In this document: positions 49,101 to 59,800 of the stretch, piece by piece | How positions within the stretch are numbered: position 1 is the stretch's first letter | Layout: each line of letters begins with the position of its first letter | DNA from: a virus | Reading direction: 5' to 3' (one strand) | IMG/VR virus record: IMGVR_UViG_3300015202_000005 | Location: 1,947 to 65,946 of that record | DNA length: 64,000 nucleotides | The notes under the pieces: model-generated | The model's input: the letters and a program-made list of their open reading frames with translations, nothing else | Told to the model about the DNA's origin: nothing | The model's database searches: none | Position numbers and translations under genes: made by a program

Positions 49101-50799
49101 CTGTTAATGTTTGTATTAAATCATCATCTGCTGAATCAGCTCCTAATAAATAAGTAGAAGCCCAACTAATATCTCTACTACCTTTTGTTAATAAATCTAC
49201 ATAATGTTTTGATTCATCTAAGTAAATCTTATCACGCATTGCATCAATTTGATTATTAACAGCTATTGCTCTATCTTTTAAAAACTGGTCTCTGTTATAA
49301 CGTTTAGATAAACCATCTAATTGAACAATAGTTCCTATTTTTTTATCATTTTCTTTATCATACTTTGTTTCTAAATCTCTACGTGCTTCAGCTTCTTTTC
49401 TACCTCTACCCATTCTAGCTAATCTATCTCCTAGATTTAATTTAGCTAATTCTATTGTATCTAATTTAATTTTAGTAATACGACCTTGTAATTCTTTTAA
49501 TGTTTCTAACTGTCCTGCATCTTTAATAAAATCTTGTAATTCTTTATCCTCAATTACTTCTTTTTGTATTTCTTGTATTATTTCATAAGACGATAAATAG
49601 TTTAATAGCTTCTTTAACGTTTTCATTGATACAGTTTCTACATCAATTTCATTGTTGTATATTGGGTTTTTTATATCAGCAATTCTTTGTTCTAATGCTG
49701 TTATATTAGAATAACTGTTTTCAAGAAACTGTAAAAATCCTCCACGTAAATCCTTTTTAATTAATTCATTAACAGCTTCAATACCTTCTGCTTTTTTATC
49801 TTCTGGTATATTTGTTGAATTTTGAATTAAATTAATAGCATTTTTTCTGTCTTCTATTTTAGATATTACAGTGTCTAAAGCATCTTGTGTTCCTATAAAA
49901 TTATCATACGTTGCACTTATTTCATGTTCTTTAAAATACAATTTTAATTTAAGTGTTATTGTATTTCTAGCATCATGTATTATCTTTATCTGATTAGTTA
50001 TGTTTTTATCAATAAACCTAAAATCAGCTCGGTGTTGTGCATTTAATTCAGTACGTATATTTATGTTGTTGTATATCTTAGCATTTATTAAATTATGTGC
50101 TAATGTTTCTATTATATCTTTGTTAGAACCTAACTTATCAGCTATTTTACGGAAAAATGAATTAAGCCATAGCTGCCAAGAAGACTTTTTAGACTGTTCA
50201 GTAAATAATTGGTCAGCCCTTACTGATACCGCTGTGGTTAGTAATTCTTTGTTAAATTGACGCAAATCTAGGTCTGGGTACAATTTTTTCATATCAGATT
50301 CAAGTTTTGAACCAGAAAGTTGAGAAATCCCCTGCTGTATCATTTCACCATTATAAGGTAATGATTCAATTAGTACGTGACCTAGTTCATGTATTAGTGT
50401 TTCTTTCTTTTGTAATTCTGGGTTTATTGTTATAGTAAATGTACCATTACTATTCTTTATTTCACCTGGTACTGATAACTTTGCATCCTCCCTGTAAATA
50501 AGAGGAATATCTAGTTTAGCTAATTTGGCTTGAATTTTAGCAAATAGTAACGCATCTTTCCTTTTTACAGGGAGAACCTCATTTTCTGCATTTATAATTA
50601 AATTGTTATCTTTAATCCATTCTATTGTTGGCTCTTTATTATTATCTAGTTTAATTGTATTACCATACTGATTTTTAACAAAATCACTATTAGCTGTAAT
50701 ATAAGTATCTAGTGCAATTTTATGACCATACTCCTGTAATACATTATTGTATAATTCTGATTTCTCACCATTAGGTGCTTTATATTTACAATCTGACAT
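46198..50799 (-). CDS. large virion cargo/ejection protein with N-terminal zincin motif
   Basis: Start MSDCKYKAPNGEKSELY; ETLIHELGH at 50377-50391; directly downstream of the RNAP gene. Confidence 0.75.
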   Translation of the reverse strand: MSDCKYKAPNGEKSELYNNVLQEYGHKIALDTYITANSDFVKNQYGNTIKLDNNKEPTIEWIKDNNLIINAENEVLPVKRKDALLFAKIQAKLAKLDIPLIYREDAKLSVPGEIKNSNGTFTITINPELQKKETLIHELGHVLIESLPYNGEMIQQGISQLSGSKLESDMKKLYPDLDLRQFNKELLTTAVSVRADQLFTEQSKKSSWQLWLNSFFRKIADKLGSNKDIIETLAHNLINAKIYNNINIRTELNAQHRADFRFIDKNITNQIKIIHDARNTITLKLKLYFKEHEISATYDNFIGTQDALDTVISKIEDRKNAINLIQNSTNIPEDKKAEGIEAVNELIKKDLRGGFLQFLENSYSNITALEQRIADIKNPIYNNEIDVETVSMKTLKKLLNYLSSYEIIQEIQKEVIEDKELQDFIKDAGQLETLKELQGRITKIKLDTIELAKLNLGDRLARMGRGRKEAEARRDLETKYDKENDKKIGTIVQLDGLSKRYNRDQFLKDRAIAVNNQIDAMRDKIYLDESKHYVDLLTKGSRDISWASTYLLGADSADDDLIQTLTETLDSKDYDTQHVTDQAYRDYAGLFKDLQNKVKSSDVFTLYDKMLEHEWLHNEDGTITKNPLRRSQHIVNEYHSQFKLQYDELHRDYENKLGNSEFTDEDVQKAYSKYLKFKRENTVQQYNKEYTDVIDSLPIAERRLLKPILNKRKFILNKYAKQYINKKDVIFDSSVLPKTIRAIYDKNEAEFAKLLASNPIVNKNYNEYADLHSTFRPGYSRVKLRYANDVQYSDIDKPIDKWLNPQYTELLKEELKGGMQLNGLNEPTFIGSEEWKMYKTSLTGLQEDDKALPVWAKSNTDYRYRGGRITNTKLPSSQKENAERFGTEGVVGGLTQNIKNSFVRKTSTDYGGEQAGDTRESIADRTSVVASNEKGDTRFSVPIYFRYANEYENQSFDVPSLMVQNRWMATNYANKTDIKEDMEMARDLIGLREVPKVKSNGMFSGLNKLQQDLSGTRADVLEQSSQNVNQSNAYKLMTGIVENRIYGIKSRTNKQADRVTKLALNYTSQVFLGFNYLSAGVNYVAGTWNLRLQSAGGMDFNRKKLKAGRKIYAGDLLAVKQDAANEKGYQMFNLLRDKQNFIQRSRTNVLMEQLNIHQGNQPINRRYSADNMAKQYLNSDLGGFMHNAGEHAITGEIMYAILLDVKLLNEVGQYVTATGTTEDESKALTLNDVLKARNGVMTIDAPTHAGNLRMSEYNLPLNKQSLKVVSRKIADLRASSQGQYAESKTPLAKMYFYAKLVFSMRGWLPETYRQRLLGISTVGISRKDLKSEDMFYSRAKGHFQEGTYTSAIRASVELTKTVYAIRKELWYNKARLTQLKNAYGDVMNEYSRMEVANIRRACWELGSIITLAVLSEVFAHFRKELPKDGIVRPTSYFLLFLAMRMRNELLGYINPLEQWRNVKSLSASMDIIDSVGKFTEQLIHPLEVYKTGKLKGHYKLMNKFNHAFPYINQINRNVEDTYGYLIGDKSKTQ

Positions 50800-50809
50800 A
50801 ATATTAGAT

Positions 50810-50839
50810 AAAAAACCGCCTGCCAAAATAGCAAGCGGT
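50810..50839 (-). terminator. intrinsic terminator
   Basis: Minus strand ACCGCTTGC-TATTTTG-GCAGGCGGT-T5. Confidence 0.8.
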
Positions 50840-50868
50840 ACACTTTAAACAACTAAAAAAATGGGAAT

Positions 50869-53800
50869 TTATACACAATCTAATCCTTTTTCTTCATCTA
50901 TTTTACCTTCATTCATCATCTTTACTTTGTTAGCATATATTTCTTCGGACTCGACATTTCTAATTTTTACATAGTTTTCATCTATGCCAAGTCCAATAAA
51001 TTTACCACCTTGTTTAGATATTTCAAAAATTGTATATTTATCTTGAGATTCTTGTGTTATCACGCCTTTATACAATTTATTAATAATAGTATCACGTTCT
51101 TGTCCATATTCATCTGATATTACAGTATTATGTGTAAAGTAGATTTCAGGTGTATTATCTATATCTAATTGAGATACCCTACTTCGTGATATTAATATAG
51201 TATCCATACCTTCATTAATTTCTTTAATACCTGATAATCTTGGAACTATGTTTACATTATCAGAATTATTAATTATAAATAATTCTCTTAAATAAGCATT
51301 ATAAATATTAAACAATTTGTCATCAACGTTTAGATTTAAAACATCACTATATTCATAGTTTTTATTTACATTGTCATTATATACAATCATTTTTCCTGAA
51401 TAATGTGTACCAAAATCTTCTGCACTACTAAATCCTACTTTCATAGAATCTTGTAAATCGTACAAGTATTCTGGCATTTTCATTACATTTTCTAAGTATT
51501 CAGTAGGTATTATATTATTCCAACTATTAGCATTATATATACCTCCAGCTGTAAACATATCATAAGCTATTAAATTTTTACCTAATACTTTCATATAAGG
51601 GTTAATCTCGTTATTACCTGTATCACCATATAAAATATCTTCAAAACTTTTAATTAAATCTTTATCTAGATTATCAGATACTTTAGGCTTATCAAATACT
51701 ATATTATGTATTTGCTTTTTATTTATGTTAAACTCATCAATTTCATAGTTTAAATAATGTAAAAAAGATGTATTATCTACATCAGCAAATTGCTTTACAT
51801 AGTACAATTGATTAGCTGCACTTAGTTTTTTAAAATCTTGTATACTTATATCTGTAATAGCATTTATTTTACCAAGTGTAGGTTTTTTATCTATACCTAA
51901 TACCTCTTTCTTATCAAAGTCCTGTAAATAAGGACTGTTTAAATAAATAAGTTTAGTTAAAAATGTATTAGCTATTTTACGAGTTACTTCACTTTTATTA
52001 ATACCTGTAAGTATATTATCTTGAGCACCTTTAAAATAATTACTTTGTTGTATAAATAAAGGAGAAAATAATTCTAAAGATGGTACATTACTATTATCAA
52101 TAAATGCTTTTAATGTTTTGTATCTATGACTATCTTTAGTAAATAATTTATTTACTGAAACATCTTGTGTATCCCTTTTTATAGTAATTACAGAATTTCT
52201 ATTAACACGAGATGCTGTATCAGAAAAACTTTCTGTTGCATCAAATCCTGCTCCTATTTTATCAGTAGCAAATAAACGTATTGCATCTCCTAATCCGTCT
52301 CCTATTTTTTTATAACCTAATTTTAAATTGCCATTCCACAGTTCAAGTAAACGTAATTGAGTAGTATAAAGATGTATTAATATATCAGTATCTTTTACTC
52401 TAACAACTTCATTTAAAGTTATTTGTTTATCTAATTCTTCTTGCGATAAAGCAATTTGTCTATCAGGGTCATAACCTAGTATTTTTTCTGTATCAGCTCT
52501 TTCTAAATAAAATTTATCATCATTACCATTATACTCCCACTTTTTAGTTTCTTTATTAAATGTAAATATACCAGAAGGTTTACCATATGAATCCTTACTT
52601 TGTTTTTTCAAGAATTCTTCTGATATTACTTCTTTCTTATGCAATTGTTTTAACAACTCTATTTGAAACTGCTTTTTTACTGTACTTATTATTTTTTGTT
52701 TATCAGCTGTAATTCCAGTACTTTTCATAGACATATTAGCTAGCTTTTTAATTACAGGTTGTGCAATAAACATACCAGCATATTCTATTGGAATACCACT
52801 AAGTACCATAGCTGCAAATGTATTATAAGTATATTCATTAATATTTGTCGGCACGCCTTCTTTAATAATATCAACAATCATAGCTAACATTTGAGCTAAG
52901 TGGTCTGTTGTATTGTTACCTTCAACATTAGTGTACGTACCGTCAACATTGTGTGCAATATTTTTATGATTAATATAAACTACATTATCATTATATAATA
53001 CATTATCTTCTCCATATTTTTCTATTAATTGTTTAATATCAAATTTAGACTTATCATATTTAACTACAAACCCATCTGTAAATTGTGCTTTTACAATTTG
53101 TAATATTGGTGCATAACCATTTATAGAAGCAGCTATTCCTTTTAAACCTATACCTTTAATAGCTAATTGTCTAAACTTGTCTTGACCAATTATTGTATTA
53201 GCATTTATATAATCTTTAATTGGATTAGCAGCTAATTTGTTATACTTAGCTATTAATGCTTTAGGGTCGTCCATTCTACCGCCTGTTGTTATTTCTCTAT
53301 AATGATATGGATTACTCCATATAGCTTTATAAATATCAAAGATACGAGAATCTCTTTGTTGTTTTGTATTTTTTTCTACTGTTTTAGAATCATCATATCT
53401 TATAGCATTAATACCATCTTTTGTTTTTTCAACTGCTCTACCCATATTATATAAACTATCAACGTCAAAATCCCAACCTGTTTGTGCAACTAATTCATGT
53501 GGCAAAATAATACTACTATCCATTTCTTCTGGTAAAAAACCTACTACATCAAATAATACGCCACTGTATTTAGCTTCTGTTGGTATTCTATATCCTAAAA
53601 ACTCACGTAATTCTTGTGGAATATCATTAATAGAAATACGTTCTCCATTGTTAAAAAATTTCTTAGTCCAAGCTGGTAAAAATGCTTCTGCATTTTGTAC
53701 TTTACCATTTATTAATTGCATTGTACGCAATCTAAAATTAGGAGATTCATACCGTTCTTTTATAGAATCATGTATTTCAATACCAGTTGGTAAATTTGTA

Positions 53801-56800
53801 TCTTCTTTTATTTTAGTATTTTTAAACTTAGTAATTAAAGCATCAGAAATTAAAGTTACGTGATTACCATTTATTTTTTGAACTGTTACATTATTAGTAA
53901 ATAATGATGTAAGTACAGCTTCTAATTTATCACTTAATCCTCCATTAAATAATGGTACTTTAAATCTGCCATCTTTTATTTCAAAACCTTTTAACGTATC
54001 TTCTGGTATACCTTTATCAATTGCTTCTTTTATTATTATATCACGTAGTTTATTTAAATTTTCAAATTTATAACCTTTTCTTGTACTTCTTGCACCTATT
54101 CTTTTAAGCAAATTTTGTTTACTTTCTACTATATTAGCAATCTGCATTTTATGTAGTTCATCTATTATAGCAGTTCCGTTTACTTTATTACCATTTAGTT
54201 CGTAAGTAGCTTTAGTATCTAAATTAGATATTGCAATCTTTTGAATTTGTAAACCATGTTTATTTACTTCATCTTTTAAATGCGATGGCACATCTAATTG
54301 AATACCCCAATCAGCTTCTGGTGTTTCATGTACTGTTACGTTCTTTGCAAAATCAGGTAATAAATTACCCAAATCATCTGTTAAATTTGAAGTAGGAAAC
54401 ATACCTACTTTTATTGCAGATTGAAAATATAAAGCATCTGCACCAACACTTTTCATATTATTTGCAATATCTTCTAACTGTGTTCCTTTTGTAAGTAAAG
54501 GTAACAACGTTACAACTGATGTCTTAATTTGCAATGACCGTACACTATTTGTAATTGGGTCGTATTTACGAGTATAACTAAAAGGTTTTAATACTTGTAA
54601 ATAACCATTTATACGAGCTAATTCATTTAACTCAGATTCGTTTAGCTTTTCAGCATTTTCAAACTTTGACCAAATAGCATCATACATTACATTCCATCTA
54701 CCTGCTTTTTTTATTAAGTATTTAGATTGGTCTAATGTAATATAACCTTGAGCATCAGCTGTATTAATTTTTAAATATGGCTCAATAGTACTACGTATCA
54801 ATTCTTCTTTTTTATTACTAGGTGTAAAGTTTTTATTAGTAATATTTTCACTAATTAACATATCTTTAAATTCCGGGTTTGTAATATCTAGACTTTCTTT
54901 TAATCCTGATACTATTGTACTTATTTCCGAACTTTTAAGTTCTATGTCTTTACCTATTATATACCTATGATTCTTTTTACCGTTATCTAAAGTAGTTTGA
55001 CTTGGTGAATCAGTTTGCTTAGAACGTTTGTTTGTATCTTTTACATTTTTATATTCTGATACGTTACCTGTAAAAAATCCTTTTTGTTCAGTTAAATGTA
55101 AGTAGCCATTTATAGCTATATCACTTATAAACTGTTCAAATTCTACCTTTTCATCATCATTACTATAATTATGTAATAACCGTACATTATCAGTATTTTT
55201 CATTTTACTAATAATAGGTTGTAAACTCTTATATCTATTAAACGTATCAGTAACTAACCAATTAGTAAAACTATTTACATAGTCAACTACTTGAGATGCT
55301 ACTTGTTGTTTTTTAGCTAAATCTTCTATATATAAATTATGTATGTCTTGACCTTGTGCATTAACAGCTTTAGTAAATTCAACAGCACCTTTTACTAGCT
55401 CCCCATTTTCTTCTTCTTTATCAAACATATTATGTTCTCCATTACCAAGCAGATGTTTCATGTTATGAAAATCAAACACACGACCTGTAACAAATACACC
55501 TTCATTTTTTATTGAATTTTGAAATAGTATAGGCTTACTGTTATTGTCAAGTTTTACATAATGATAATATAATTGTTGTCCTACAATATTATCTTTTTCT
55601 ACTGCTACAAATTTATGGTCATCTGTTTTGTTAATAGAATTGTCAATTAATTTAATAATTGCTTTTTCTCCCCTTATATCAGAAACCACGCCTTGTTTAC
55701 TAGAACTACGTACTATATCCCCAACAGTCATATTAGGTTTTACATCAAATGAATTTTCATTAAAATCTGATACATTATATACATTATTTTTATTAGGATT
55801 ATATGTAGCAAATAAATAGTTACGTGCATTTATCATTCTTTCTTTTTCTTGTAAATATGTATTATACATACTTCTAAAAGCTAGACTTGTAGTGTCGTTA
55901 AACTTTCTATTTTGTAACACGTATTTACCTTCCTCTATTACAGGGAAATGTACACCTTGTATAATCCAGTTGTTTGTACTATCACTTTTTATTTCAACAG
56001 GCATTGATACAAAACCTGGCTTACTTGTTAAATATGTAACTAATCTACTTAAATAAAAATCATCATCACTTTGCTTATCATATTGATAACCTTTTCCATT
56101 TACAGTATCTTTTAATCCATCTGTTTTATGAATATTAAAATTCTCTAAATTGTTAAGGTTTAAATCATTAATAGTTAATTCTGATAAATCTTTAGTTAAT
56201 CCATCAGCTGTTAATAACCCATTTTTATTAAAATAGTTACTATGTCTAAATGAACTATCTTGTAAATAGTCTTTTAATGTTTCTAATACTTCTTGTTTAG
56301 CTCCATCAACATCCATGTTATATACATCAAACACTCTTTTTATTTTATCAAAGAATCTTAAACTCCAACTTGGTTTGTTATAACTATAAACAAGATTACC
56401 ATTAGTATCTAAATAAGATGCTTCTTTACTATCATATAAAAAGTATGAATAAGAATCAGCTATTTTATTTAAATTACCACTATCTCTAAATTTTAAATTA
56501 GACTTGTTTGTAGTATCTGCAAACACAGTACTTTTTAAAAACTTAAGTTGTTTAAGTATATTATCATTAAAATAACTAATAATATCACTATTTCTATTAT
56601 CTGTTTTAGCTTTTATTAATACGTAGCTATTTAATATAGATTTAGTAATTTTAGCAGGTAAATCAAAACCTATTAATTTAGCAAGTTTTTGTGTTTCAAT
56701 TACAAGTTCATCTATATTTAATGTTCTTTCTCTTACTTGTTTATCTAATTTCTGTATTGCATCAGTAGCTTCAATTTCAGAAGCTGTGTTGTATTGTGAT

Positions 56801-59800
56801 GTATATTCATCATTTTGCCTATTAGCATTATGTTCACTTATTAACAACTTAATGTTATTAGACCAACTATTAGACAGTGTATGTTCTTTATTACTAATAT
56901 CACGTTTTATTAATAATCCATCAGGTACAGCTGTTACTCTAACATGTTCAGCTGTTACATAACTTTTATTAAAGTTAATATACCACTTATTTAAAAACGA
57001 ATCTTTGTAATCAGTTCTGTTACCCTTTACATCATAATTGGTATTCATTTGATTAAGTTTTAACCATAGCAATCCTATTGAAGGTTCAACAGTTCTTAAT
57101 TCAAATAAACGAGACATCATCTCTTTTAAATTACCACTATTAACCATCCTTGCTTGAAGTAGTGGATATACCCTATCAAAATCTAAGTATTGTGGTAATC
57201 CTGCTGGATTTTCATATTGTTCTTTTTTACTAGTATCAAATACTACTTTTTCACCGTCAAATGAATAATCAAATTTACTTAGTTTTTGTGTGCTAATTAT
57301 TAACCACCGTAATTCAGAACTAAATTCTAGTTTTAAAGATTTACGTGCATCTAATTTATCATCCCAACTTTTCTTTTGCTCTGGACTAAAATCTACTGTA
57401 TCGTCATTGACATAACTTACGTCTTCATTAATATTTAATTTAATATCTAACTTAAGTTTTACTTTATCTTTTAACGCATTTAATAATTCACTATTTTTAC
57501 CTTTCTTTACATCTTCTATTATTCTAGTTAATGCCAACTGTTTTACAACATCAGTAGAACTTTTTAAAGAATTAACTAACCCAGCCATTACAACTTCATT
57601 TGATGTTATAATTGGTAGTACAGTTTTATCATTTATTATAGCTAACTTAGCTAATTCTGCATTATTATATATCGCAAATTTAGAATACCATTCTGCTGTT
57701 TTACCAAACATATAATTAGTATATGCTTCTGTTTCTTGTGGTGTAAAATCATTAGCTAATGATTCCTCTGTCATATAATTTGTAATACCAGAACTAGTAT
57801 TATTTGTAGTTCTAAAAACACCACTGTTTACACCTCTAAACAAGTTATCAATACTTGTGTTACCTAGTATATTATTTATGTAATATAATATTTTATCAAA
57901 GAAATTACGTATTGCATTTAATAAAGGATAATCAGTATCTTTATTATTAGCATAACTTCTAAACTCTTCAGCTAGAGATTCATCTAGATTTGCACTTTTA
58001 CCATAACGTGATTTAGCTTCTGCTAATACTGCTGACTTTTCATCATTAGTTAATGATAAATCCATTATACGGTGAAATGCCTCATGATACTCTACACCTC
58101 TAGGACTAAACCTTGCTATTGTTATCATATCATTATGATACATACCATATAGCTTAGTACCATTGTGTACTAAGTTTTCAACTATTTGTGTATTATTGTT
58201 TTTTCCTAATATACGGTTTATGTTGTTTTTTATTACAACTTCATCTTGTTTAATAGGAGTTTCTAAAATGCCACTTTGGCGCATAAAATCTCCATCAAGT
58301 CCAGACTGTGGGGCTTCATAATCAGTAGAACGCTCAACAACAACCGAATCCAAATTAGATGTATTAATAGGTGTTTTTTCCTCAAAAACGCTGTTAGAAG
58401 TCGGTAAATCAGCCGTTTTAACACTGTTTACAGTCTCAGTTTCAATAGTAGGTATTAGTTCCACTTCTGATTTTTCAGAAGCCACAACGTCTGATTTTGA
58501 CCCAGAATCGGTAATTTTGCCAGATAATTCAATTCTAAAATTGCCCTTTGCTTTTTCACCACTACCTAATTTACTTATAAAATTACTTATTTTATTACCT
58601 TTACTATCTAATAAAACACCTGCATTTGTAAGTAATCTACCTTTTAATTCAGTAATTACTTTTGATTTTTCTGCACTTGTTAATGCATCATCTTCAAATG
58701 ATTTAGTTAAACTATAAGGTATATTATATTGTAATGTACCTAATGTTTTAGTAAGTTCTTCTATTATATTATTATAACCAGTATCTCCAATATCACTTAA
58801 TAATTTTTCTTTTTTTACTTCTGCTTTTGTTTCAAATTCTTCTTTATTAGTATACTGTTTTTGTACATTTTTTAATGATTGTAATTCTAAATAAATATTA
58901 TCTTTTATTTTAAGTGATGCAAGTTTAGTACCATCATCATAAATAAAATCAATACCGTTCTCTGTTACTTTAAATGTAGGTGAATAAAATATACCTGAAG
59001 AATCTAATACAGTATTAGTTCTAATAATACTTTTTATATCTTTTAAATGATTTTTAATTACAGCACTATCAAATCTAATTGTTGTACCATTTCTATTTGC
59101 ATTTTGCATTAATGTAATTAAATCAATAATTGAATTTTTCAATTTATTTGTATCATTAGAATTAACTGTTGCAGTATTTAAATAAATAGGTATATCCTTA
59201 CCATCTAATCCTTTTACCATTGCATACATAAGACCTTCAGTATATGCTCTGTCTGCATTATAATAAATAGAATTACTACCAACAGGTGCATAATGCTCTT
59301 TACCATCTTTTATTGATTCCAATGTATAACTATCTTTTACTTGGAATAATTCATACGGTGTTAATTTATCATTTAGTGGAGACCATTCATTTTCTATTAA
59401 AGTTCCACTAGTTTTTGTAGTTACAACAGTTGTAAATTCTTTACCAGTTAAAACTTGAGGTATTACTGTTTCTAAGAATTGTATAGTTAGTCGTTCTTTT
59501 TTTAGTAAATCAGTTAATGATGATACTGGAGATTTAGTTTTATTAGCAGTTTCAATTAATGTTAAAGTTTTATTAATTCCATTATTAACACCTGCTATTG
59601 TATTTAATTTACCAATAGTTACACCATTACTAATTATATGAATAGGTCTAATTTTATATTTAGTTTCATAAGGATTAGGTTTACCTTCTTTTATTGTTAC
59701 TGTATCTCCTTCTTTAATATTACGTAATTCTTTATAAGCAGGTTCTAATTCTTTAGTTAAAGAATAACTACCGTCATTGTTTTTAATTAATTCACCGCCA

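Noticed and set aside
16823-50826. Track start sites at 17182, 18440, 24576, 39674, 44580 and 50826
   Set aside because: They fall within promoter or terminator elements or upstream genes; downstream ATGs (17161, 18485, 24672, 39716, 44694, 50799) fit better
5537-58717. Short opposite-strand ORFs in the track (e.g. 5537-5752, 16691-16963, 21040-21405, 28415-28747, 42510-42818, 50000-50260)
   Set aside because: Shadow frames of real genes in a strand-biased genome, with no supporting motifs or expression signals
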